A stretch of DNA of 64,000 bases, taken from Antedon mediterranea. Taxonomy: Eukaryota; Animalia; Echinodermata. Within the stretch, counting starts at the first letter, position 1; the number at the start of each line of letters is the position of its first letter. The position numbers and the translations under genes are program-made. The notes beneath the pieces were generated by a model, which was not told where the DNA came from, made no database searches, and was given only the letters and a program-made list of their open reading frames with translations. The stretch is taken from NCBI RefSeq assembly GCF_964355755.1, contig NC_092679.1, positions 13,127,432 through 13,191,431 of the forward strand, written 5' to 3'. Positions 1 through 13,922 of this stretch are shown piece by piece.

Positions 1-228
1 GGGAATGGGTCTTTAAATATTTTTTGTTGAATTTGCCAATTAAATATCACATAATAATTATTTAAATTGGATCGAAGTGCAAGCTGATAAGTTTTAAAAT
101 TTCATTTGTTTTCACTGCATGGTATTCTTTAATACTTTCTAGTCACCATTAAGGAAATAATCTTAGTAGATGAGTATTCTTAGCAAAGATTAAAGCAGAT
201 TTAAAACCTAGGCCCAACACAAAACAAT

Positions 229-1020
229 ATGGCCTCCAGAGGCATGCATGGTAGCTCATCTAGAGAGGCTAGCCCCTCTACTGCTAGGCATAACACTAGG
301 AACACTAAGAAGAAGGGAAGCAATAAACAACCCAATTCTAAGGCAGATGCTGAAACAAAATGCACTAAATGTTTTAAACCAGTGGAGGAAAATATGAAGT
401 TTTTAAAATGTGACTTTTGTGGAACAAAAACTTGTGTTGATTGTACAGGCCTAGCAGAGTCAGTGTATAATGCCATAGTGTCTTGCCCGCTACCAAACTT
501 TATTTGGTCATGTAATTCTTGCTCTAATGCAATACCTACGATCAAGAATGTTAGTAAAATGATGAAAGGAATTATAGATGATCAAAAAATACTATCAAAA
601 GGAGATATGATTCAAGTTTTTAAAATGGTGACAGGCCTAAGTGGTAGTGGAATGCGTAACTTCTTCCCTATGAAAACATACGAGAGAAACCTAAGAAGAC
701 ATAGATACACCATATATAAGCGACGACCTAAACTGGATATCCGCAAGTAAAATTTTTCTTAACACTACCACAGTAAACGCCTTTAAAAATAAACTTGATA
801 AATTCATTGAAAAAAAATACAAATTTACTTTTATGGGATAAAGTGTATTGCAGAAGAATTTAAATCAAGGAAACGAATGAAAAAAAAAAACAAACCAAAA
901 AAAAAAACCATGCAGTGATGACTTGAAGAAATTGGGAGGGCATGACATGTACCATACAGAAATGTATGGTCTACTTACGAGCCCGACAAGACAGGTGATT
1001 ACAGGTGATTACAGGTGATA
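229..1020 (+). mobile_element. Internally deleted CR1-type LINE: ORF1 PHD finger fused to the extreme C-terminus of ORF2, plus 3' UTR and tandem tail
   Basis: ORF 229-750 has a PHD-like Cys pattern (CTKC..CDFC..CVDC..WSCNSC), then GDMIQVFK..RRHRY..RPKLDIRK, followed out of frame by TVNAFKNKLDK, typical of the CR1 ORF2 end. Tail (ACAGGTGATT)x3 at 991-1020. Confidence 0.75.
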
Positions 1021-1574
1021 CACTTTCATTCATTCATTCATCTTTTATTTCGAAAAAAAAAAAAATTCTTTAACGTAACGTCATTTAACTTTAGCTGCAT
1101 GCGAAGAAGTAGTCACCGATCCAAACGGAACCCACGCGCCCGATACGCATACAACCAAAACGTTGAGTGCACTCTACTCCATGTTGATCACACACAACAC
1201 AACTAAACTAGGCCCGGCGTGTTGCAGAAAAATAAAAATAGTCATTATTTTATTTTAAAAAGACATGGCTGATAAATTTTAGGGAGGGAGGGGGGGGGGG
1301 GCTAAAGCCTGTTTAGCCCCCGCCTAAATCCGTGCATGTGTTCCCATTAATTAATCAAAATCCTAAAACGATCTAAAGTTAATTTAAATGCCTTTTGGAA
1401 CAAAATTAGTACTTAATATCTCTCCAAAAATGTATCCATCGCTAAACCATAACAATATAGACTGGGCGCCTAGAAAGTTTATTCATGTGAAAAGTCACAA
1501 AAGGTTTGATGGGCTGATTATTTAGATATATGGCTAAGATTTAATAATCAATATTGCTGCCGGGTCCTGTAAAT

Positions 1575-1985
1575 TTCGTCACTAAGGGACACTGTATTGA
1601 TTGATGGAAAGTGCCTGTTTCCAGTCACTTTAGGGTCAAATCTATTATTTTAACTGCTCCCTTGTGTATAAAAGAGAAAAAATATTTGAAACCAGGTTGT
1701 TGCAAGGTGAACTTATCTTAAACCCGGAAATTACTTTTACCGGGAAGAATTGAAATTGAGATGAAAATCTAATGTTGAAATCATAAATTTTGTTAAAAAA
1801 CTCTTTAAAATATCTTCCTAAGATAGAAATATGGAACAATAGCGTCGATGTGAAAACTAATGTTATCAAATCTACATTTCACGGTACATCTCAGATAGAT
1901 AAGGTAGGTATTCAAGGCGGAGATTTGTACCGAAGTTTTTGCATTGTGCTCGCCTATGTCAGAATTAACCATAATTTATATATAG
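1575..1985. repeat. Dispersed ~400-bp repeat with an inverted copy at ~25621-26025
   Basis: gggacactgtattgattgatggaaagtgcctg...ccataatttatatataga matches the reverse complement of 25621-26025. Confidence 0.85.
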
Positions 1986-3454
1986 ATGCCAGGTCAATTT
2001 TGATAAATAGCAGTTTTTAAAGTCCTCACTCGCTTTGATGTTACGCTAGGCCTAGGCAGCCAAGCACCAGGAGGCAACACGTACCTGCGCTTCTAAAATT
2101 TACCGCAGTCATATTTTGGACGGCGCCCTCAATATTTCGTTACCATGCGAAATAGATTTTAACTGGCTTACGAAAACGAATACGTGTGCATGACGTATCC
2201 GTTTTCGTTATCGTATTCGTAAGATTGCAGAACCTCTCTATTATACTTTGGGATACGAAAATACCGTTGACAGTATGTAAGTTGCCCCAGATAGTAGGCC
2301 AACAATGTCCGATTCCGACCCCTACAAGATTTGATAACTCAAAGAGCCACACGGCATATTGTTATAACTTTCCATAGCAGGGGCCGGGGATATACGAAAA
2401 CACCATTGGCAGCAACTTTATTCTGTACGTTGCTCAAGACAGTAGCCTACAAATTCCCCAGCCACTACAAAATCCATCCAGGTTTGTTAGCAATTGTATC
2501 TATAAAAAAAAATGTAATATTGTTAAATTACATCCAAACAGCTTTACAACTGAAACACAGTACAGATAATAGCGGTAGACGATAGACAATATTTAGCCCC
2601 GGCCAACAAAAAATTTAGGCTTACAAGCCTAGATAATTTGTCACAATATTCCACTTCATTTTTTTTCTCAATAATACCTCTTTAACTTGTACTCGAATGT
2701 GATGAAAATATCCATAAAATTAAGCCTTCCCCCTAGATAACTATGCAGTGGGTGGATCCAGGATTTTTTAATTCAATCCCCCCACCTTGTGTAGTTTGCA
2801 GGATGCAATTTTTTTAGACAATTTATTAATACATTTTTAATATTTGTCTTTATCTTATTACCTTACTTGACCAACAGCATCATTCCATGTATGTAACCTA
2901 ACTAGGACCAGGTAGTGGAGGCGGCATATAATTTTGACCAGATATGTGTTCAGCAGTCTAAAACAATAGAAAAATAAATGAAATTAAACTGTATTATCTA
3001 AAAAATATTGAAACTATTACTAGCCTAGGCCTATTGCATTTATTATGCCAAATTAAAATTAATTCAACAGGATGCCCTATGTAAATATATTAAAATACCT
3101 AGTCACTGCATTCTGTATAAGAATTCATATAAATAAATACATTCCAATACAACGTATATTATTACTTGTTTATTTATCACAATATACATTTTAGTTGAGG
3201 AATATTTATCATAACTATTATAATAGCTTTTATACGAGTCCGAGGCCTAGCCCTATTTAGCGAGCGATTGTTCTAGGGGCGGAAATTCACTTAGTGACGT
3301 TGTGATCGGGCGCGTCGGGCCTAGCTAATATTAATAATATGACCTGAAATAAGCAATGAACAAACAAGCAATTAGATTGAATAACAAATTATTCATTCAT
3401 TTTTTTGGGTAAAAACATGTACAAACTAGTACTGTATAATATATTTTGTGTTTT

Positions 3455-3570
3455 TATAGTTTATTTTGTATTTTCTGTTTGTTTGAGGGTCCCTAATGAT
3501 CAGCTGATGCTGGATGGACCACCCTCATAAAATATTGTTGAAATAAAATAAAAATAAATAAATAAATTAA
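3455..3570 (+). mobile_element. 3' fragment of a SINE/LINE tail, same as the SINE at 54057-54305
   Basis: tgagggtccctaatgatcag..gctggatgga..accctcat plus an A-rich tail, shared with 54231-54305. Confidence 0.7.
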
Positions 3571-6500
3571 TAGTAATACAGTATTAACTAGAAAGCCACT
3601 CCGAGAGTGCATACCTCCGCCTACTGTAAAATTCTCCTACATAAGATTTCTCCAATAAAAAAAATATATATATTTGTGTGTGTCTTAATGCTGTTTGTGA
3701 TTTAGGCTAATTTCATTACAAGCATGTGTATGCGAGTTTGGTGTAATGGTTATGTAACAAGCCTTTCATTTAACAATAGCTTCAGTTGACTAACAATAGA
3801 ACAGCAACGCGAAAATCAAACGAGTGAATTTGAAAAGAAATAGGTTTTTTAAACTACTCACATAAAAAAACGTACACATTAAATCAAATTATGTTTTAAA
3901 ATTACAAATCACAAATTATAACTCTTGCCTCTTGTTCAAAAATGAATTTTTTTTTGACAAGTAGTTCTCGAGAAAATGCAATTTCAGTTTACTTGTTACT
4001 TTAAGACTACTCGCCGGCTTTTAAAAAATTCTGTCCTATCTTTTAACACTAGCAGGTCTAAAAAAGTATACTAAAAAGTGGTCCAGAATTGGGACTGTGG
4101 TCCCAAATGGTCCCAAAATTTAATGGAATGGTCCTTGACCACACATCTATCTGTCAATTCATTTTGGTAAAGATCTTGTAATTACTTTTTGAGTAATCCT
4201 GCTAACAAACAAACAAACAAACAAATGAAAGCACTCAGAAACTGAGTGAAGTACTTGGCAAAATATATCCACTGACTGGGAGCATGTTGAAAGATGCAAT
4301 TTTTGCTTTAGGTATTATCTTTACATGGTTAAAATACTGATAAGGTTAATAATTTGTTTAAATAATTTTTAATGCAAACAATTCCGGCATTGCAACAATG
4401 ACCTTTCTAAAATCAAGTTTGACCAGAATAATGGTCGAGGAGTGTCTTGAAGCTGTACCGATTTGCGGCGCCTCTGCCTTAACCCATGTAGTAATATATC
4501 AATTTACCTGAAAATCAATAGGCATGTTCTGTAAGTATATACCTGATGAAATAAGGAAGGACACACGCTGGTGCTAACAAAACTACTTATCAACTTACAA
4601 TAGTTTAATTTGAATAACAATAGAACAGCAACGCCAAAAACAAACGGGTGAATTTGAAAAGAAATAGGTTTTTTTAAACTACTCGTATAAAAAAGCTGGT
4701 ACACTGAATCAACTTTTGTTTTAAAATTAAAAATCACAATTTATAACTCTTGCCTCTTGTACAAAAATGATGTTTTTTGGACAAGTAGTTCTCGAGAAAA
4801 TGCAATTTCAGTACACTTGTTACTTTAAGACTGCTCGCCGGCTTTTGAAAATTGTCTCCTATCTTTTAACACTAGCCGGTCTGAAAATAATATCATTTTT
4901 GTTATTTGTGAAGTTATTAATAAACCAATTTTGTTGATTTTCAATAAGCATGGTCTGACAATATATACCTATCTACACCCAAAAATTCAGAACGATAACT
5001 TGAAAACTGTAGGCGCTATCGTGCTAACAAACAAACAAACAAACAAACATACAAACATACAAACATACAAACATACATACAAACAAAGTGAATACTATAC
5101 TTGGCAAAATTCTTTTTTGCCAAGTAATGAAAGCACTCAGAAACTGAGTGAAGTACTTGGCAAAATATATCCACTGACTGGTAGCATGTTGAAAGATACA
5201 ATTTTTGCTTTAGGTATTAGCTTTACATGGTTAAAATACTGATAAGGTTAGTAATTTGTTTAAATAATTTTTAATACAAACAATTCCGGCATTGCAACAA
5301 TGACCTTTCTAAAATAAAGATTGACCAGAATAATGGTCGAGGAGTGTCTTGAAGCTGTACGGATTTGCGGCGCCTCTGCCTTAACCTATGTAGTAAGCTT
5401 AACCGCGTGACCAGTCGACTAATATTTTGGTCCATATCAAAGAATATGTCCATGTTAAAAAAAAGACAGAATGCGTGCTATTTAATATATCGTACGGAAG
5501 ATAAGCTTTTGAGACATGACCAATATATAAGTTTTCCTGGAAATTAATAGGCATGTTCTGTAAGTATATATACCTATGTACAGAATGAAATAAGGAAGGA
5601 CACACGCAAGTACAGTACTAAAAAAACTAATTATCAACTAACAATAGTTTGAATAACAATAGAACAGCAACGCGAAAAACAAACGGGTGAATTTGGAAAA
5701 AAAATAGGTTTTTTTAAAACTACTCGTATCAAAAAACCTGTACATTAAATCAAATTATGTTTTAAAAATTACAAATCACAATTTACAACTCTTGCCTCTT
5801 GTACAAAAATTATGTTTTTTGGAAAAGTAGTTGTCGAGAAAATGCAATTTCAGTACACTTGTTACTTTACGACTGCTCGACGGCTTTTGAAAATGTTCTC
5901 CTATCTTTTAACACTAGCCGGTCTGAAAATAATATCATTTTTGTTATTTGTGAAGTTATTAATAAACCCATTTTGTTGATTTTCAATAGGCATGGTCTGA
6001 CAGTATATACCTATCTACACCCAAAAATTCAGAAAGTCAACTTGAAAACTGTAGGCGCTATCGTGCTAACAAACAAACAAACATACAAACATACAAACAT
6101 ACAAACAAACAAAGTAAATACTATACTTGGCAAAATTCTTTTTGCCAAGTAACAAACACACGCTACCGAATACATATACCTCCTTGGCGGAGGTAAATAA
6201 GAAAGGACACACGCAAGTACAGTACTAAAAAAACTAATTATCAACTAACAATAGTTTAATTTGAATAACAATAGAACAGCAACGCGAAAAACAAACGGGT
6301 GAATTTGAAAAGAAATAGGTTTTTTAAAACTACTCGTATCAAAAAACCTGTACATTAAATCAAATTATGTTTTAAAAATTACAAATCACAATTTATAACT
6401 CTTGCCTCTTGTACAAAAATGATGTTTTTTTGGACAAGTAGTTCTCGAGAAAATGCAATTTCAGTAAACTTGTTACTTTAAGACTACTCGCCGGCTTTTG

Positions 6501-9500
6501 AAAATTGTCTCCTATCTTTTAACACTAGCCGGTCTGAAAATAATATCATTTTTGTTATTTGTGAAGTTATTAATAAACCAATTTTGTTGATTTTCAATAG
6601 GCATGGTCTGAAAGTATATACCTATCTACACCCAAAAATTCAGAAAGATAACTTGAAAACTGTAGGCGCTACTATCCTGCTAACAAACAAACTAGCCTTC
6701 GCGCATAGCGCGATACTTGGCCAAATCAAAATTGGCCTCCTGAACAAACTTGACCTTGACCGATTTTAACCCGATCAAAGTTCAGTATATGTCATAAACC
6801 TCCCATGTAACATGAAAATAGAGACATAATTTCTCTAGATTTAATTATAAATCAGCCGTATAATTTATATACTAAGAAATATACTTGAACAAACAATAAA
6901 AAAAAATCTGATTTCGTTTCATTTCCCAAGGTGAGACTCGATCTCGGTAACTTAAATGCTGTAGACACCAGCACAGACCACCGAGCCATACACAACTGAC
7001 TAACATTTGAAGAAAGATTCCTATGTGTATTTACCATTGTGAGCGATAGAGCGATGACAAACACACACACAAACCGAACAATAGAACAGCACGCGGAAAA
7101 AACACACTGGTGAATTTGAAAATAAATAACTTTGAAATAGGTTTTGTAAACTACTCGCATAAAAAAAAACTCTATATTAAATCTAATTCAGTTTTAAAAT
7201 TACAAATCACAAATTATAACTCTTGCCTCTTGTACAAAAATGAAGTTTTATGGACAAGTAGTTCCCGAGAAAATGCAATTTAAGTTTACTTGTTAATTTA
7301 AGACTACTCACCGGCTTTTGATAATTCTGTCCTATCTTTTAACACTAGCAGGTCTGAAAATAATTTTTAAAAGTGGTCCAGAATTGAGACCGTGGTCCGG
7401 ATTTTAACCAAAATTGGGCAGTGTCGTCCTTGCACCAGGTGACATGTATGGTAGTAATTTGGAGTCATTCGAATCAAAATTGTGAGCGCTAGAGTGATGA
7501 CAAACAAACAAACACACACACACACACACACAAACCGCACCAATCAACATACTTGGCCAATTTTCAATTTGGCCAAGTAACAAACAAACATACAAACATA
7601 CAAACTAGCCTTCGCGCATAGCGCGATACTTGGCCAAATCAAAATTGGCCTCCTGACATTGACCCAATTTTCACCAAAAGTGTGTGTCTTATTTACATCT
7701 CCCTGGTCTTATGCTGTGTGATTTAGGCTAATTTCACTACAATCATGTGTATACGAGTTTGGTGTACAGGTTATGTAACCAGCCTTTCAACGAACAATAG
7801 CTTCAGTCGGCTGACAATAGAACAGCAACGCGAAAAACACACGGGTGAATTTGAAAAGAAATAGGTTTCGTAAACTATTCGCATCAAAAAACCTGTATAT
7901 TAAATCAACTTATGTTTTAAAATTACAAATCACAAATTATAACTCTTGCCTCTTGTACAAAAATGAAGTTTTATGGACAAGTAGTTCCCGAGAAAATGCA
8001 ATTTAAGTTTACTTGTTAATTTAAGACTACTCACCGGCTTTTGATAATTCTGTCCTATCTTTTAACACTAGCAGGTCTGAAAATAATTTTTAAAAGTGGT
8101 CCAGAATTGAGACCGTGGTCCGGATTTTAACCAAAATTGGGCAGTGTCGTCCTTGCACCAGGTGACATGTATGGTAGTAATTTGGAGTCATTCGAATCAA
8201 AATTGTGAGCGCTAGAGTGATGACAAACAAACAAACACACACACACACACACAAACCGCACCAATCAACATACTTGGCCAATTTTCAATTTGGCCAAGTA
8301 ACAAACAAACATACAAACATACAAACTAGCCTTCGCGCATAGCGCGATACTTGGCCAAATCAAAATTGGCCTCCTGACATTGACCCAATTTTCACCAAAA
8401 GTGTGTGTCTTATTTACATCTCCCTGGTCTTATGCTGTGTGATTTAGGCTAATTTCACTACAATCATGTGTATACGAGTTTGGTGTACAGGTTATGTAAC
8501 CAGCCTTTCAACGAACAATAGCTTCAGTCGGCTGACAATAGAACAGCAACGCGAAAAACACACGGGTGAATTTGAAAAGAAATAGGTTTCGTAAACTATT
8601 CGCATCAAAAAACCTGTATATTAAATCAACTTATGTTTTAAAATTACAAATCACAAATTATAACTCTTGCCTCTTGTACAAAAATGAAGTTTTGTGGAGA
8701 AGTAGTTCTCGAGAAAATGCAATTTTAGTTTACTTGTTAATTTAAGACTGCTCACCGGCTTTTGATAATTCTGTCCTATCTTTTAACACTAGCAGGTCTG
8801 AAAATAATTTTTAAAAGTGGTCCCGAATTGGGACCGTGGTCCAGATTTTAATCAAAATTGGGAAGTGTCGTCCTTGCACCAGGTGACATGTATGGTAGTA
8901 ATTTGGAGTCATTCGAATCAAAACTGTGAGCGCTAGAGTGATGACAAACAAACTAGCCTTCGAGCATAGCGCGATCTTGGCCAAATCAAAATTGGCCTCC
9001 TAAACACACTTGACCTTGACCGATTTTAACCCGATCAAAGTTCAGTATATGTCATAAACCTCCCATGTAACATAAAAATAGAGACATAATTTCTCTAGAT
9101 GTAATAAATCAGCCGTATAATTTATATACTAAGAAATATACTTGAAGAAACAATACGAATAATAAAAAAAAATCTCATTTCGTTTCATTTCCCAAGGTGA
9201 GACTCGATCTCGGTAACTTAGATGCTGTAGACCACAGCACAGACCACCGAGCCATACACAACTGACTAACATTTGAAGAAAGATTCCTATGTGTATTTAC
9301 CATTGTGAGCGATAGAGTGATGACAAACACACACACAAACCGAACAATAGAACAGCAACGCGAAAAACACACGGGTGAATTTGAAAAGAAATAGGTTTTT
9401 TAAACTATTCCCATTAAAAAAACCTGTAAATTAAATCTAATTAAGTTTTAAAATTACAAATCACAAATTATAAATCTTGCCTCTTGTACAAAACTGAAGT

Positions 9501-10104
9501 TTTTTGGACAAGTAGTTCTCGAGAAAATGCAATTTTAGTAGTTTACTTGTTAATTTAAGACTGCTCACCGGCTTTAGATAAGTCTGTCCTATCTTTTAAC
9601 ACTAGCAGGTCTGAAAATTATTTTTAAAAGTGGTCCAGAATTGGGACCGTGGTCCGGATTTTAACCAAAATTGGGCAGTGTCGTCCTTGCACCAGGTGAC
9701 ATGTATGGTAGTAATTTGAAGTCATTCGAATCAAAATTGTGAGCGCTAGAGTGATGACAAACAAACAAACACACACACACACACACAAACCGCACCAATC
9801 AACATACTTGGCCAATTTTAAATTTGGCCAAGTAACTAGCCTTCGAGCATAGCGCGATACTTGGCCAAATCAAAATTGGCCTCCTAAACACACTTGACCT
9901 TGACCGATTTTAACCCGATCAAAGTTCAGTATATGTCATAAACCTCCCATGTAACATAAAAATAGAGACATAATTTCTCTAGATGTAATAAATCAGCCGT
10001 ATAATTTATATACTAAGAAATATACTTGAAGAAACAATACGAATAATAAAAAAAAATCTCATTTCGTTTCATTTCCCAAGGTGAGACTCGATCTCGGTAA
10101 CTTA

Positions 10105-10986
10105 GGGTATGTTCAGACTCACGGAGTTACGGTGGAGTTATCTACGCAAGGCGTACGGTAATCCGTGGCGTTAAAAGTCAAGGTGTTCAGACACAACGAT
10201 TAGCATTCCAAACGTCTTGCGTTTAAAGTGGAAGTTCCGTCATACCGAAACGGCCGATGGGATACATACACACAATAACAACAACAGAGCTGAGAGTGAC
10301 ACGCGCGAAAGTTTTCAACACTAGCTAGGCCTAGCAATATAATACAATGTTACCTTCAAATATAATGGTTTTTTTGCCGATTTTTTTGCAAATCCTTACA
10401 GAAGATAGTAATTTCGAACATAATTATTACACGGACAATGACTTTGCCATTATTTGTATGATTTTAATTAATTTTGTGAAATCATGTCGCCGACGTCAAC
10501 TTCGTCAGGAAGAATTTTGCAGTTTAGATGCAATTTCTTTAAAAACAGCCATCTTGTTGCCGGCGCTAGCTTTCCAATTTCTAATTTCTATCTTGTCTCT
10601 AAATTCAGGGCTGCCCCATAATGAAATCAAATCAGCCACTTCTGTACTTTTCCATGTAACACGTTTCATTTTAATTCGAACGTTCCTGTTGATCTAGGCT
10701 AGCTCGAAGAATAGGCTATATTGTTTTGCTATTAAAAAAAAACCGCGCGAATAGACTGCTGCTAATTGCGGTCGTGTCTTTTCATTGGCTGACGTTGACC
10801 GGAGGTTGAAATCACTGATGCATCAATGGATTAGCCTTATGAAATCTACCCTCTCCCGCTGGAGTTATTAACGCCACTGGCGCGGAGTAACAGCTCCCTA
10901 ACGCTAATCCGCGGCATGGTTCAGACACAAAAATATGTACGCCGCGTACATAACTCCACCGTAACTCCGTGAGTCTGAACATAACC
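10105..10986. mobile_element. Internally deleted PIF/Harbinger element inserted in a HINE unit
   Basis: TIR GG(G/T)TATGTTCAGACTCACGGAGTTACGGTGGAGTTA at both ends; TTA TSD (10102-10104, 10987-10989); empty site ggtaacttagatgct in the sister unit at ~9212. Confidence 0.9.
10505..10669 (-). pseudogene. Truncated Myb/SANT-like DNA-binding protein of the Harbinger element (54 aa)
   Basis: Manual translation MKRVTWKSTEVADLISLWGSPEFRDKIEIRNWKASAGNKMAVFKEIASKLQNSS matches the WxxxExxxLIxLW...N..VF..IA..L trihelix pattern. Confidence 0.75.
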
Positions 10987-12375
10987 TTAGATGCTGTAGA
11001 CCACAGCACAGACCACCGAGCCATACACAACTGACTAACATTTGAAGAAAGATTCCTATGTGTATTTACCATTGTGAGCGATAGAGTGATGACAAACACA
11101 CACACAAACCGAACAATAGAACAGCAACGCGAAAAACACACGGGTGAATTTGAAAAGAAATAGGTTTTTTAAACTATTCCCATTAAAAAAACCTGTAAAT
11201 TAAATCTAATTAAGTTTTAAAATTACAAATCACAAATTATAAATCTTGCCTCTTGTACAAAACTGAAGTTTTTTGGACAAGTAGTTCTCGAGAAAATGCA
11301 ATTTTAGTAGTTTACTTGTTAATTTAAGACTGCTCACCGGCTTTAGATAAGTCTGTCCTATCTTTTAACACTAGCAGGTCTGAAAATTATTTTTAAAAGT
11401 GGTCCAGAATTGGGACCGTGGTCCGGATTTTAACCAAAATTGGGCAGTGTCGTCCTTGCACCAGGTGACATGTATGGTAGTAATTTGAAGTCATTCGAAT
11501 CAAAATTGTGAGCGCTAGAGTGATGACAAACAAACAAACACACACACACACACACAAACCGCACCAATCAACATACTTGGCCAATTTTAAATTTGGCCAA
11601 GTAACTAGCCTTCGCGCATAGCGCGATACTTGGCCAAATCAAAATTGGCCTCCTGACATTGACCCTATTTTCACCAAAAGTGTGTGTCTTATGCTGTGTG
11701 ATTTAGGCTAATTTCACTACAATCATGTTTATACGAGTTTGGTGTAAAGGTTTAGTAACAAGCCTTTCAATTAACAATAGTTTCAGTCGACTAACAATAG
11801 AACCAAACAGATCAACATACTTGGCCAATTTTCAATTTGGCCAAGTAGCCTTCGCGCATAGCGCGATACTTGGCCAAATCAAAATTGGCCTCCTGACATT
11901 GACCCTATTTTCACCAAAAGTGTGTGTCTTATGCTGTGTGATTTAGGCTAATTTCACTACAATCATGTGTATACGAGTTTGGTGTAAAGGTTATGTAACG
12001 AGCCTTTCAATTAACAATAGTTTCAGTCGACTAACAATAGAACAGCAACGCGAAAAACACACGGGTGAATTTGAAAAGAAATAGGTTTTTTAAACTATCC
12101 GCATCAAAAAACCTGTATATTAAATCAAATTATGTTTTAAAATTACAAATCACAAATTATAACTCTTGCCTCTTGTACAAAAATGAAGTTTTTTGGACAA
12201 GTAGTTCTCGAGAAAATGCAATTTAGTTTACTTGTTAATTTAGAACTGCTCACCGGCTTTGGTCCGGATTTTAACCAAAATTGGGCAGTGTCGTCCTTAC
12301 ACCAGGTGACATGTATGGTAGTAATTTGGAGTCATTCGAATCAAAATTGTGAGCGCTAGAGTGATGACAAACAAA

Positions 12376-12410
<35 letters not shown>

Positions 12411-13237
12411 CGCACCAATCAACATACTTGGCCAATTTTCTTGGCCAATTTTCAATTTGGCCAAGTAACAAACATACAAACCAAACAGATCAACATACTT
12501 GGCCAATTTTCAATTAAATACTTTTTTGCCAAGTAACAAACACACGCTACCGATTACATATACCTCCTTGGCGGAGGTAAATAAAATATAATATAGGCCT
12601 AACATACAATAAATATTCAATTTTTAAGGTCTACCACATGACAATAACATAATTTACAGAGTATGCATTCAACAAAAAACATTTGTATTGTAATTCATCT
12701 AAATCCGCTGCAACATACATATATTATTTGTAATTCAACATTTTGTTTTAAATTATTAAATTATAGTTTGGGTATGATAATGTCGGTAGGTACCGGTGTC
12801 ATCTTTTTATCCACTTCACTCTCAATTTGAAGTCACAAAGACGAAGAACTCTGCATCATCAACGATTCCTGAAAGTGTCAGAAAAAATAATAAATATTAT
12901 TTAAAAAAAATTCTAATGTCTGGTTGTATATATAATTATAATATTATATGATGGCCTAAAAAGTAAAATGGGGGCTGTATTTTATTATTTAAATTACAGT
13001 ATTTACTATTATTATTTATATAATCTAGGCCTACTAGTAGTAGCATAGCTAGGCATCTATTGAGCCTAATAAATCAAATAATAAATGAAAAATAAAATAA
13101 TTATATTAATACTGATTGAAAAAAAGTATTTTGTGTGGGGATCAGATCACCAGGCTAGGCCGGCCAGGACCAATGATACTCGTAATCAGTACAACCTAAC
13201 GACTATCGGATCAGCATCAACAATTCCAGAGGGGTGC

Positions 13238-13495
13238 TGGTCAACCCGTACCCAAACCAACCCGTACCCATGCCAACTCGTACCCAACTTGGCTAACCCG
13301 TACCCAAATAATTGGTCAACTCGTACCCACTTTGGCTAACCCGTACCCAAACCAACCCGTACCCATGCCAACTCGTACCTCAATATTTGGCTTACTCGTA
13401 CCCAATTATTTGGCTTATACTCGTACCCATTATTTGGCTTACCGTACCCATTTTTGGCTTACTCGTACCCATTATTTGGCCTACTCGTACCCAAT
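13238..13495 (+). repeat. Minisatellite of ~15-22-bp units with core (C/T)CGTACCCA; probable subterminal repeats of a DNA transposon
   Basis: More than ten copies of aac(c/t)cgtaccca / tactcgtaccca; one inverted core (tgggtacggg) at ~16108. Confidence 0.75.
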
Positions 13496-13922
13496 TTGAA
13501 TAATTACTTGTAATGATTTGATCGACACTAGTGTGCTTTAGCCGTATGAATATTTTTATATTTAAATTGTTTTTTTATTTTACAGGTCTCGGTGAAATGT
13601 GTGCTAATAAAAATGACCATTGATTTGATTGTAAACTTCGTTTAATCAGGCATATATTTGTTAACATTTATTTAATAGTATTATAGTTTTATAAACGTAT
13701 GTTTGATGTGTCTTTTTTATTTACGTAAGAGAACATTGATTAATACAAAAATATTTTAACTGTTGTATAGTATTACAATTCTCAATTAAGCCCAGGTAAA
13801 GTAGGCCTACCAACAACGTATAATTTTTATACTTAACAATTTTTATCACCTAATTATCGTCCCTGATTAGATTCGATCAAGTAATTTTTATTTCTATTGT
13901 ATTGGTAATTTAAAATTGGTTG

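Larger units (their letters stand above)
3587..12580 (-). mobile_element. Nested and tandem array of Helentron-associated non-autonomous elements (HINE/DINE-1-like), three terminus types
   Basis: On the minus strand, units start with a palindromic subTIR (TTACCTCCGCCAAGGAGGTA, TTACTTGGCCAA..TTGGCCAAGTA or TTACTTGGCAAAA..TTTTGCCAAGTA), carry (GT)n/(GTTT)n microsatellites, and end in subTIR + short hairpin + CTAGT or TTCAT. Near-identical units have periods of 721 bp (7604, 8325) and ~885 bp (8952, 9834). Head-to-tail junctions at ~5127, ~9834, ~11604. Confidence 0.8.

Noticed and set aside
1262-1340. G-rich tract as a regulatory G-quadruplex
   Set aside because: More likely a decayed small MITE end (..ccccgcctaaatccgtgcatg); nothing supports a function.
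4504-12506. Many 60-117-aa ORFs (CVCVCV, TNKQT types)
   Set aside because: Translations of HINE microsatellites and bodies with no domain motifs.
13238-13495. CRISPR-like look of short regularly spaced repeats
   Set aside because: Spacers are only a few bases and are related to one another; no cas genes; eukaryotic context.
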